A stretch of 64,000 nucleotides of DNA from Octopus sinensis (Eukaryota): NCBI RefSeq assembly GCF_006345805.1, contig NC_043000.1:72292001-72356000 (forward strand), in the 5' to 3' direction. Below the pieces are notes generated by a model that was given only the letters and a program-made list of their open reading frames with translations, did not search any database and was not told the origin of the DNA. The number at the start of each line of letters is the position of its first letter. Positions within the stretch are counted from its first letter, which is position 1. The translations under genes were made by a program, and so were the position numbers. This document shows positions 37,259-49,652 of this stretch, one piece after another.

Positions 37259-38920
37259 GTTTTTTTGTTGTTTCTTTTATTATTTTATTGTTTTTATAAA
37301 TTATTGTCCTTATACACAAACACATACACACACATACTCACGTATCCACGAACACACACATACCTCCTACACACCACACACATACAACATACATGCACAT
37401 ATACGCACACATATTTCCACACACATACACACACGCATACATACACAAATACACACACCCACACGCACACACACACATATGCCCGTGCACACACATACGT
37501 ACACAAACGTACACACACGCACAAGAATGCACAGAAACCTATCCCATCCAGCACACACAGACACACATACCTTTAGACACACACAAAAGCGTACACATAG
37601 ACACATACACGCACATACTCAAGCACACGCGCGTACACACAATAAAATAAACACAACCTGACACACATCTCCACGGTCACACACACGCACATACACATAC
37701 ACGCACGTACATACGCACACAATACATGCACACACACATACACACGTACATACACCAGCACAGATGCCCCCATATACCTCCAACAAACAATACTCATACA
37801 GATACGCACACACTTATACACACATGGGCACAGACACACACGCACATACACGCACGCAAGCGCACACACGCACACAAGCACACGCACGCATATTACGCCC
37901 ACACAACTTCCCCCCACACACACGCATACACAAATTCGCATACACACCGATACATATACATACACACAATATATGCCTACACGCGCACACACACATACAC
38001 ATACGTATACACATATATATTTCTTTACTACCCACAAGGGGCTAAACATAGAGGGGACAAACAAGGACAGACGAAGGGATTGAGTCGCTTATATCGCCCC
38101 CAGTGCGAAACTGGTACTTTATTTATCGACCCCGAAAGGATGAAAGGCAAAGTTGACCTCGGCGGAATTTGAACTCAGAACGTAACGACAGACGAAATAC
38201 CGCTAAGCATTTCGTCCGGCGCGCTAACGTGTCTGCCATATAGACACAGACACACACACACGCACACAAAAACATGCGCACACATACGCACGCACACACG
38301 CACACGAATGCACACACCCAAAACTCACAACCCCACGGATACACGTATATACACCCATATACGCTTACACACATACATACAAACGCACACGTACACGCAC
38401 ACACAACTACACGCACATACGACACGCACGCATATACATACACACACACACACAAATGAACCCACATATACATCCCATACACACGGCACACAATTATACA
38501 TACATGTATACACACATACGCATGTACAAGCACACACGCACACATACACTAAGTAAAACACAGTTATTCGTTACACACCCAAACTCTACGCATACACACA
38601 CGAACACACACATACACACACACACACTACAAACAAAACACACACACGATATATATACATACACGCACACACATACTCCAAACTAGCAATACCTACTACT
38701 TGACCTGTGGTAGAGACAAAAGCCGCCACTCCCAATTCCTTCTTCCTCCTTCCTTCTTCCTCAACCTTAACACTACTAGCCCTACAACACGCATTGATTA
38801 ACAGCCACAACCACACACACATACACACTCACACGTGTCATCATTGCACACATACACACAAACACACACACGCAGACCACCGCGCTCGCACATATCCACT
38901 CTTACACGCACATTCCTCCT
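37160..38920. repeat. CA-rich degenerate low-complexity region, including a (CTAT)n block
   Basis: Direct inspection. Confidence 0.9.
38018..38238 (-). mobile_element. SINE family S2 (tRNA head + Deu/Nin-like domain)
   Basis: B box gagttcaaattcc; gcctttcatcctttcggggtcgataaa..gtaccag resembles the Deu/Nin core; Tx1-like tail. Confidence 0.85.
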
Positions 38921-39208
38921 CCTCTACCACTCTCCTGTCTTTGAAAGAACCACTCTCCTGTCTTTGAAAAAAACCTTTCTTCATCCATTTCCTTCCGGTC
39001 TTTCAAAATGTGACCGCATGTGTACCGTTGGCGATTTTTTTCCCTGCCTTCCCTTCTCTGGATCTTTCCTTCTCCTATGTTTACGACGAAGAGCTCCGCT
39101 CGAAACGTTAAACCCTCCTTCTTTCCTTCTTTCCTGAGCGTCCAATAATACTATATTTGTTTCACGTCCTCGAGTTGTTGTGTTTCTTTTGTGCTTTCTT
39201 GTTTGGAT

Positions 39209-39210
<2 letters not shown>
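38920..39210 (+). mobile_element. PLE-LTR-like repeat with a degenerate hammerhead (39079-39113); partial antisense copy at 21995-22072
   Basis: gttt-ACGACGA-A-GAGC-TCC-GCTC-GAAAC-GTT-aaac; ctgagcgtccaata..cacgtcctcg is shared with 21995-22072. Confidence 0.55.
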
Positions 39211-39258
<48 letters not shown>

Positions 39259-39822
39259 TACACACACACACCAATGGATGCCACCAACAGTAAACAACAT
39301 GAAATACGAAAAACAAATGAGTCCAATACGAAAGCAACGAGAGGAACACATGGAAAACAGGTTAAGTAACATAAAGAACGAGCCTTCATCAGTTGTTGAC
39401 TGTCTATCTACTCCTCATGTCGAGCATTGAACGACAATATGAGTCTTCGAAGACAGTTTCTTCCAAAAATACCAAAATAAAATTTGGGATTTATGGATGG
39501 TCAAATCTGGGTACAAAAACAGGACGGTGGAGACATACAAGGAAACCGTACGAAAACAAACATGGAGGGTCGTTAGACCAGAACGAGGATAAAATAGCGA
39601 ACGCTGGAGAAATATTTTCTTTGACAAGAGAAAGGTTATAAGAGAAAGATAGGAGACGTTCAATCCTTAGGATAGCCCTAGAGAGGAAGACAGATAGAAA
39701 AAGGCTGTCCTAGGACTGTAATTGGTAATCTCTCTATCACTGCACTTGGCAAATAACAAGTTTATATTGGTGCGTACTCTTCCTCATTTAACCTTTGCTG
39801 GAAGGTTGAATGAAGAAGAGTA

Positions 39823-40015
39823 CGCAATGGCCCAGTGATTAGGGCAGCAGACTCGCGGTCGTGGGATCGCGGTTTCGACTCCCAGACCGGTCATTGTGAG
39901 TGTTTATTGAGCGAAAATACCTAAAGCTCTACGAAGCTCCGGCAGGGAGGGGTGGTGAACCCTACTGTACTCTTTCACCACAACTTTCACTTTTTCTTCT
40001 TGCTTATGTTGTACC
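39823..40015 (+). mobile_element. SINE S3, 3'-truncated
   Basis: Similar to the reverse complement of 18130-18310. Confidence 0.85.
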
Positions 40016-40039
40016 TGTATTTCTCGACATTTCACTCAG

Positions 40040-40880
40040 CATTCATTCCACTCTCACCATCTTCATCCACTACAAACACACAGACTGACACTCATACCTC
40101 AACTTCTCCTCCTCCCACCCTAAACAGACCAAACTCTCCATCCCTATTCTTAATTCGTCCGTTTACGCAGGCTCTGCTGTGACAACCATGACTTTGAGAT
40201 TCAGTCTCAACTCAAGGCTCGCCACTTCATCCTACGTGGATATCCCTTCACCACTATCCACACCGCCCTTGCTAAAGTACATTCCGTCACCCATCTTCCG
40301 TTTCCTCTCACCTACCACCCCACCACCCTACATCTCCAACGCATCACTCCTTTCAGCGACTCCAGTCAGACCCCACCACTTCACACATCTTCCCTAACCG
40401 ACCTTTCCCTTCCTTCAAACAAGCCCACAACTTACGAGACCTCTTGGTCCACAGCTTCTTCTGTAACCCAACCTCTCAATGCGGTTCGTTCCACTGAGCC
40501 AGCCCACGCTGCCACACTTGCCTTAGCCTCTCCAACACCACATTCCTCACAGGCCCCCATCATCGACCCTATCACTACACTGACTCCTTCACCTGCACTT
40601 CTCGCAACGTCATCTACTGCATCTCCTGCTCTCTCTGTCCTTCTCTATACATCGGTCAAACGGGACACCACTTGGCTGACCGGTTCACGGAACACCTCAG
40701 AGACACTCGAGTCGGCAATGACACCTCGGTCTCGTGCCATTTCCGCTCTACTGAACCTGTCTGTGTTCAGATTGTCCTTTCGCAAGGGCCATCTGAACTA
40801 CCGTCTTCGCCGTGAGCAGGGATTAATCTTCTCTCTTCGCTCCTTTGTGCCATATGGGCTCAACTTTCCTACCCTCTTCA
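40040..40880 (+). mobile_element. Penelope-like element fragment (RT thumb + GIY-YIG); probable LTR at 41570-41810
   Basis: HSYLNFSSSHP..VRLRRLC..RGYP; FTCTSRNVIYCISCSLCPSLYIGQTGHHLADRFTEHL. Confidence 0.85.
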
Positions 40881-41144
40881 TCTAATCCTTCTCCTCTCTA
40901 CTCTCTTCCTCTCACACCTACTTCCTCTCACCCACCTCTCCTCTCTTGCTCTGGCACCTACTTCCTCTCTTTATTCCTACCCTTTTCTCCCTTCCACTCT
41001 CTCCCTTCATCGTCACCCCTCCCTCGTTTCCCCAGCCCTACACATTCCAACCCAACCATCCATATACATCCCATCCCAACCCCACCCCATCCCTTAGACC
41101 CACCCTTGCTTCCGCCACTCTCGCCTCTCACACACCCCAACACC

Positions 41145-41372
41145 TATTTCTTTACTACCCACAAGGGGCTAAACACAGAGGGGACAAACAAGGATAGACA
41201 AACGGATTAAGTCGATTACATCGACCCCAGTGCGTAACTGGTACTTAATTCATCGACCCCGAAAGGATGAAAGGCAAAGTTGACCTCGGCGGAATTTGAA
41301 CTCAGAACGTAACGGCAGACGAAATACGGCCACGCATTTCGCCCGGCGTGCTAACGTTTCAGCCAGCTCGCC
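41145..41372 (-). mobile_element. SINE S2, full length
   Basis: Collinear with 38018-38238; head ggcgagctggctgaaacgttagcacgcc. Confidence 0.88.
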
Positions 41373-41820
41373 ACCACACCACACACCACCACACCACCAC
41401 ACCACACACACCACACCCACCATACCACATCACACCACTCCGCACACACTAGCACTGACCAATTCCCAGCACCCACACCATCAACCACACACCTACATAT
41501 GCACATACGCACACGTCAATGTCACCAGCCCCCTTTCACACGCACATACACGCTCTCACATACATACGCACGTTCACCTCTGTTTTGGGATCACCACTAT
41601 TTATTATCTCCCCTTCTTCCTAGCTCTCCTGTGTGATCCCTCTGTCCGGCATTTGCCATGATGGATCGCTAGCCACTGTTCCTTTCTGTCGAACAGCGTA
41701 GGCTCGAAACGTAAAAGACTTTCACACTTCCCGAGCACTAGACTAATACACCTGTTTGTTGTTTACACACCCGTCTTCGTCTTTTGTTTTCTTGTAAATT
41801 CTCACTATATATAAAATAAC

Positions 41821-43033
41821 TGTCTTGAATGGCACAACGATGCACTATAATAACAACAATGGACTATAATAACTGTTATAATTTAATTATCCTAGTCTGA
41901 TATAATAATAATATTTAGGAATACAAAATTCCTTCTTCAGATATCGCTAGGAATTGTTTGAGCCACTGCTACATTCGTTTTTCCAACGGTTACTGAAATT
42001 GTTTTACCGAAAGCGTCTCTGCATTGTTCTCACGAAGCGTCTTCCGGAATTTCTCATGAGAAGTGCGCGAGGGTGACCATGTCTCAAGCTCGTGTGTGTT
42101 GGCAAATCCGCAGCGCTGCTTCTAAGTTATGTATTATACGTGCAGTTTCTTTTTTTCTTTTTCTTTTTCTTTAAATAATGCATGCTTCCTTAAAATGCCC
42201 CATTTTAACGAGAGGATAACTACAGCCATCCGAAGAGCCATAAGAAGAGAAGGGCTCGACATACAACTAGCCCACACCGGCCCCTCTCTGAGAAGAAATC
42301 TAGCAAAGAAACGAGCAAGGGACAGCAATCAATGCACACTAGCAAACTGCCAAATCCGTGACACAGATTTATGCCAACGGGTAAATATTGTGTATAGAAT
42401 ACTATATAACAAATGTAACAAGTTCTATGTGCGAGACTGTTACACATTCGCATCAAAGAACATCTGAATACGAGAGCCTCCTGCTTCAGAAAACATTTAG
42501 GCAGATGCCGGAACACCGACGAAAGCATAACAGTCACAACTGAGGCCAATGAAAGAAATTTGGGTAATCTAAGAATTAAGAAAGCTATCCTCACGGACAG
42601 ACTAGTGCCCCAAATTAACAGCAGGCAAGAGGTTGGCAATCAATATATTATTTAGCTATGTCTGGATGCGTGTAGGTTCATTTGTGATAACATGCTCATG
42701 TATTATTTTAAAAAAGAGACGGCACGTATAATACATAACTTAGAAGTAACGCTACGGATGTGCCAACACATACGAGCATGAGACATGGCCGCCCTCACGC
42801 ACTTCTCATAAGGAATTCCGGTAGGAGCTTCGTGAGACCACTGCAGAGACGCTTCTGGGGAAAAACATTTTTCAGTGACTGTTGAAAACCGATTATAGCA
42901 ATGACTCGAACAATTCCTAGCTATATCGGAAGAAGGAATTTTTGTATTCCGAAATATTATTATTATATCAGACTATGGATAATTAAATTATAAGTTATTG
43001 TTGTTATTGTGCATCGTTGTGCCATTCAAGACA
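41821..43033. mobile_element. Long-TIR element (arms 41821-42150 and 42715-43033) enclosing a Penelope GIY-YIG fragment
   Basis: Arms align in inverted orientation over ~320 bp. The interior encodes MPHFNERIT..NIVYRILYNKCNKFYV..IRIKEHL. Confidence 0.8.
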
Positions 43034-43084
43034 CATTATATTTTACAAACAATACGCAATGCTTCAAGCGAGCTACAATACACT

Positions 43085-43150
<66 letters not shown>

Positions 43151-43929
43151 ATATGTGTGTGTGTGTGTGGTGTGTGTGTGTGTGTGTGTGTGTGCGTATG
43201 TGTGTGTTTATATTATACATATATACGCATATGTACATATATATATGCAAACGTATAAATATATACTCACTCAGATATATTCAGATTTTACATATAGGTG
43301 GACATGTACATGCCTATGTAAATATACATATTAAGATATGCATCCCTAGATTTATACAGATATGCATACATATCTGTGTGTGTATATACTTACCAAAATA
43401 TAGACGTAAATATAAGTGCGCGCACGCACACACACGCACACACACACGCACAAATACATACCTATACATATAGCAAATATTTATACGGAATCATAGAAGC
43501 ATAATTGTATAAGCAAATACCTGATCCATAATGTTAAACAGTAAACAGTTCTATTTTAACCTGCCAATTGGATTATAAAAATAAAGTTAATGAATCATGC
43601 ATAAAATAAAAGGGATATAACATCTAAGATAGATGCAAACAGGAGTGCGATGTTTTGAGGTGTAGAATTATAGAGCCAAGGCGGTCATTAGAGGGTAACA
43701 ACTTCAATAATATATTTAAATAGTTCAGGCATTAAATATGGGTATAAAAGATTGGAATGTTATACATCAATGTGTAAGAAGTATTTTTACAAATAACAGA
43801 ATGTTGAATATGGTCTAGTATTCATTATCTACCTCATTATCTATCACTTAGTTAAGACCAAATTATAGTTAACCAAGCTAGGGAATTGTCGAATTGCTTT
43901 GATCTAAATTACAAAGCTTATTAATGTAG

Positions 43930-44740
43930 GTGTAATAGTTAAGTGTAAGTTTAGGTATATTTAGCATATACGAACGATTTGTATTTAAGGTGCTGGCATC
44001 TTACAATCAATTCATCATACAGATTAATAATATTCAATGCAATTTTATTAATATGAAATGCCTCAGATACACAGAGCCCACACCAATCATCGCCACCTTT
44101 ATATGGTTGTGCATTACATATAAAAAAAAAACAAGTAATTATAAATTCAATCCTATTACCAGTGAGAGAAGGTACGAATTTAGTTAGAGATGTACAATTA
44201 TCATTATGTCTAAATGCAGATTTGTGGTTTTTCCAGCGAAGGTTCAATGAGGAAGAGTACGCACCAATATAAACTTGTTATTTGCCAAGTGCAGTGATAG
44301 AGAACATACACATTACATTTTTTTCTAAGGCACTTGTTATCAACGGAGCACAATGATTAGCCTGAAAGAGCAAGATTAGCCTGATTATTAGTATGTATGA
44401 TGGGTTTAGCTTGACTATCAGTAATAGTATTATTATTGAAATCAGGTACTTCATTATGTCGATTATTTGCAGTAGATTCTGTACTGTGGTTTTTTAGGTG
44501 ACTAGGATTTATAGCATTAGATGGACGGTCAGATCCTTTATATATATATATATATGTATAACAAGTTGCACAGTTTAATTTACTACGGCTAAATTTTGTT
44601 ATACATTCAGCAATATTAGGCATGGTAAAGCACGCCAGTTTAACCGTATGTTTATTGTAGATTTTATGATACGGGCTAGAGTAAGGGAAATGTTTATCTA
44701 AGGCTTGAAAAAATGTTCTAGCCATATTAGAAGCAAAATT
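43930..44740 (-). mobile_element. Penelope-like element fragment (thumb linker + GIY-YIG)
   Basis: FFQALDKHFP..YHKIYNKHTVKL..MPNI; QVYIGAYSSSLNLRWKNHKSAF..CGLCVSE. Confidence 0.8.
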
Positions 44741-44970
44741 TAGACTGAAGATGGTGGCGGGGGGGGGGGGGTCACAAGATATTGTTACGCAAACTATTTT
44801 TGTTCTTTTAATGTTTTTAAAGCTTATTCGGGTTAGATGTAGTGGGGCCTAAAGAAATTTGACTATTATGGCAATTATTCGCAATCATATCTGATTTAAC
44901 CATACGACTACTAATTATATTATATCAATAATAATAATAATAATAATTGCTCTGATGCAGTACCAGGCAG

Positions 44971-46681
44971 ATTGCTTGGAAAAAGTATGGCGAATTGGAG
45001 GACGGACCTGACAGCATACAGAAGTTTAGGGACAGTAGAAATTAGGAAGGGGATCTTCCAAGGGGACTGCCTGTCGTCACTGATATTGGTACTGTGCTTG
45101 ATACCACTGACACTGATTCTGAGGAAAGCAAAAGCTGGGTATGTATTCAAAAGCCGCCAACAAAAAGTCAACCATTTGTTATTCATGGATGACCTCAAAC
45201 TTTATGGTAAAGATGAATCCCAAGTCAGTTCCCTCGTTGATACGGTGTATACCTTCAGTGCTGATATCAGAATGTAGTTCGGACTGAGAAAGTTTGGTGT
45301 GTTAGTGTTGAAGAGAGGCAAAATCAAATGTATGGACGGAGTCAAGATACCGTCGGAGTAGGTTATGTAGCAGATAGAAGAGACGGGCTAAGTACTTGGG
45401 GATTTTGGAAATTGATAAATTGATAGAGAAAGCAATGACAGAAAAATATAAGGTGGAGTACTTACGCAGACTGAGACTGATCCTTAAATCGAAATTAAAC
45501 AGAAGGAATACGATCGAAAATAACGACATCTGGGCGGTTTCATTCCTTAGTTATGGAGTAGGAGCAAACGCATGGACAGTAGACGAACTAAACAGCTTAG
45601 ACAGAAAGACAAGGAAGTTGCTAACTAGATATGAGTCACTCCACCCAAAAAGTAACACAGACGGACTGCATGTACCAAGAAAAAGAGGGGTGAGAGGATT
45701 TATCGGATGCGAACACAGCATTAGAGCAGAAGAAAACGACATAGCATGGCATGTAAAAAATGCCACGGAACCGCTATTATTAGATGTAGGAAGGTCGGGC
45801 TTGTGTGGGATGAAAGATTGCAAGATAAATCAGTGCACAAGAAATTGAAAACGAATGAAACTGAAAATAGGTGGGTAAAGAAAAGAATGCATGGTCAATT
45901 TCATAGGGACAAAGGAAAAAGATGGCTATGGATGACTAAAAGTGATTTAAAACCAGAAACGGAGGCTCTAATCTGTGCTAAGAACAAACTACATAAAATA
46001 CAGAATGGACAACACATCAGAAAGTGATAAGTGCAGAATCTGTGGACAAAACGTTGAAACCGTATGGTATATTACCAGCCAATGAGCGCCACTAGCTCAG
46101 AAGCAATATAAGAGACGCCACGACAATATAGCCATACTTATCCATTGGACATTTTGTAACAAGTATGGACTTCACAGAGAAAAGTTTTGTACGACCGCAA
46201 ACTTGAAGGCATTGTCGAAAATAGAAATGCAAAGATCCTATGGGATTTTATTATTTAGTGCGACCATGAGATTGAGAATAGGAAGCTGGACATAGTCTTA
46301 ATTGATAAAGAAAGCAAACTATGCTGGATTATAGACATAACATGCTCAGTGGACAATAAGGCATGCGATAAGGAAGAAAGAAAGAAAAGTCGAGAGACAT
46401 TACAAGTTAGCTTGGGAAGTTAAGCAGTTGTGGTCGATGAAAAAGGTAGTAGTAGTATCAATAATTTTCGGAGCCCTGGGAACAGTGAGCAAAAATCTCG
46501 AGAAGTACGTGGAACAAATAGGGGCTGCAGTAAGGGTGGAGCACTCGCAGAAAACAGCACTGCTTAGAACCGCTCGAATACTCCAGAAGTTGCTCGAAAA
46601 ATAAGAGGTGTTACCTTAGTTCACTGTTAGTGAACAGCTGACATTGTAGTACATCTCCAGCGTTAGAAACTGTGCAAAGGC
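44971..46681 (+). mobile_element. R4/Dong-type LINE family b, 5'-truncated
   Basis: GIFQGDCLS..HLLFMDDLKLYGK; CCHC (CRICGQNVETV); RLE RKLDIVLIDK..IDITC. (AAT)7 at 44927-44947 upstream and an aat/aac tail. Confidence 0.88.
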
Positions 46682-46699
46682 AACAATAATAACAATAAG

Positions 46700-47898
46700 A
46701 ATACTTTCTTCATTGGCAACAAGAGCCCACACAAAAAACATAGAACATTACACAGAACTAACACGGGACGGTGAGGTTTAGACGATGCCTGTAAATAGTA
46801 AATAAACAAAAACAATTAACAATAGGATTCAAACAATTACATTCCTCCAGTAGGGAGGAAATCTAAATAGGAGCGTCCAAGGGAACCACACATATCATGG
46901 ACACCCTGATCACACAGGGTGCCTCAGGCAAGCACCCCTATCCTCTTCAACATCTCCAGCCTACAAGTGCACACATAGTGTAGGTCCATTCACACAGGCC
47001 ATCCTCACCACATTCACCCACCTTTCAACGAACTTTCTGGGCGACAGCACATCCCTCTTCACCCTCATCTTCCTTTTCAGGTGGAACCTGAAAAAGTTCA
47101 TGAGTCAATGGCCGAAGAGGAAAGTACTTGTCTTCAACCCTATCAGACGCGTCCATCACACAACCTCTTTCAGCATAACCACCAGAGAAAAACTGCCTGA
47201 CCTTCCCGGCCAAAGGAAGGTAGCGGGGCGATCTTCAGAATGGACTCGGACGGTAATCGGATCCGTCTCACACGCGACAACAGCTGTTCGACAAAGCTCC
47301 ACAAGTCAGTAATACCCAGGCAGGTAGAGCCCTCCACTTCCTGTAGCACTGCCATTTCAAGGATTTCTGGAAATTATCCATGGGCCCCGGTCCGAACTAA
47401 TCATACGGAACACCCAAATATTCCTCCAGAATGTCGTCGCTCTTTCCCTCCCCCAATCCCCTATAGAACGCCATGGGGGGGGGACTTCCACAGACCGTAT
47501 TGCCCAACTGGCCAAGAGATGTGAGCGCTTGGAGACTCTCTCAGTGTCAAACGCCCAGTCTCGGTCTACGCAAGATCCAGGGCTGTCGCTCCGTCAAAAA
47601 GATAAGCAACGGCAAAGAGCGTTTAACAAACGGCGCCCACACCTGTTCACCGATAACGTATCGTTGGAGATGTTGCAACCTCACCGTATGCCTGCGCGTC
47701 ATTAGCCACAGCATCCCCAGACATCCATGCAACGGTCAGGCGGTAATAGATGACGGATGCAATGTACGTATTTGCCACTACCGCCCGACCTTTCAGGGAC
47801 AGCTTTTTCTCATCCCATTTCTGGGTAAGATTGCTCACCCTGCTTGTGACCTCTTCCTAGTTCTTACCCACTTGGAGATCTGGACCAAACCAGGGCCC
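46700..47898 (-). mobile_element. Tx1-clade LINE 3' fragment (diverged subfamily)
   Basis: Homologous to 61330-62780 (WFGPDLQV..KLSLKGRAVVAN). Confidence 0.85.
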
Positions 47899-47937
47899 GC
47901 ATTTTATCTAGCGTGCTAACGATTCTGCCACCTCGCC
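47899..47937 (-). mobile_element. 39-nt S2 SINE 5' head fused to the Tx1 fragment
   Basis: ggcgaggtggcagaatcgttagcacgc..aaatgc versus the S2 head ggcgagctggctgaaacgttagcacgc..aaatgc. Confidence 0.75.
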
Positions 47938-47954
47938 ACTTTATCATCATCGTT

Positions 47955-47976
47955 AATAATAATAATAATAATAATA

Positions 47977-48008
<32 letters not shown>

Positions 48009-48015
48009 TAATAAT
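47955..48015. repeat. (AAT)n array
   Basis: Direct inspection. Confidence 0.95.
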
Positions 48016-49453
48016 AACAGGATCGAAGCGATCAATGCTTTAGCCATACCAGTTGTGACTTACAGTTTCAATATCGTTAACTGGTCAATTACTGAAATAT
48101 GTAATCTTGACAGAAAAATTCGAAAACTGTTGACAATGCATAGAATGCACCACCCTAAGGCAGATACAGAACGACTTTATCTGCCAAGAAAAGAGGGAGG
48201 CCGTGGACTTTTACAACTGGCAATAACAATGAAGATTGCTACAATTGGCCTAGACACCTACCTGAAAAACTCTGAGGACTGGATGTTAAAACTTGTCTCA
48301 AAACATGAAAACAAGAAAGCATCATACTCAGTAACAAAACAGGCAAAGGGATATCTAAGTGAATTCCGAATACAACAAATTTAGGAATTAGAGATAGACA
48401 TACAAGAAACAGGCACAGAAAAAGCTAAGCTCATGAAAACCCGTGCTAAATCTGCGGCCTTAGATATTCTGAATGTTAAATGGCAAGAAAAACCTCTCTA
48501 TGGCAAATACCCAAAGAGAGCAAATAATGCAGATGTTGACAAAGCCCTGACCCATCAATGGCTAATGGCCTCTGGCTTAAAATCTGAAACAGAGGGGTTT
48601 ATCATAGCAGCTCAAGATCAATGCCTACAAACAAGAAACTACCAGGCCAACATATTAAAGATCAGAAGCAGTCCAACGTGTCGTGTATGCCAGCAACAAA
48701 ATGGAACCATTGACCATGTGGTTTCCAAGTGCAGTCTTCTAGCGCCTACAGAGTATCTCAACAGACACGATAGAGCTGCACAATATATTCACTGGGTAAT
48801 CTGCAAAAACCTGGATCTGCCCCATGAAAAAAACTGGTGGGAACACAAACCAAGCCCAGTGCTTGAAAATGACCACATCTCACTCCTCTGGAACTTCACC
48901 ATTCAAACTGACAGAAAGATATATGCAAATAGGCCAGACATCATATTGAAAGACTTCAAACAAAGAACATGCCTCCTCATTGATATGACTGTCCCAATCG
49001 ATATAAACGTCAAGACCTATCAAAAACTGAGCAAATATAAAGATTCTTGAAATAGAAATCAGCAAAATGTGGAACCTGAAGACTAAAACAATACCTGTTG
49101 TCATAGGTGCCCTGAGAATGATAGCAAAAGGGGCTGATAGCTACCTAACTCAGATACCAGGAAACCCAAAAATGGCAGAAATTCAAAAGATAGTGCTCAT
49201 GGGAACTGCTCATATCCTACGCAAAATACTTTCTATGTAATCTCAAGGTTTAAAACAAACATAATTTTCGGTTTTTAAAAGAGAAAAAAAAAAATTCTTT
49301 TTTTTTTTAGACATTCATTAGTACAACACCAAAACTCCCCCCCCCCAATATATGGCACACTAGGCATAACAACATGAACTTCCAACTCTCTTGAGGTCTC
49401 TGGGTGAGACTTGGAGCCAACTTGTACAAATATAAAGCAAAACTCAAACATAG
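48016..49453 (+). mobile_element. Dong-like R4 LINE family c, 5'-truncated, (AAT)n on both sides
   Basis: RLYLPRKEGGRG; CRVCQQQNGTIDHVVSKC; RPDIILKDF..LLIDMTVP (PD-(D/E)xK-type RLE). Confidence 0.92.
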
Positions 49454-49505
49454 AATAATAATAATAATAATGATGATGATGATGATGATGACGATGATGA
49501 TGATG

Positions 49506-49551
<46 letters not shown>

Positions 49552-49577
49552 TGATGATGATGATGATGGTGATGATG

Positions 49578-49614
<37 letters not shown>

Positions 49615-49618
49615 CAAC

Positions 49619-49651
<33 letters not shown>

Positions 49652-49652
49652 T
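49454..49652. repeat. Compound (AAT)n/(GAT)n array
   Basis: Direct inspection. Confidence 0.95.
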
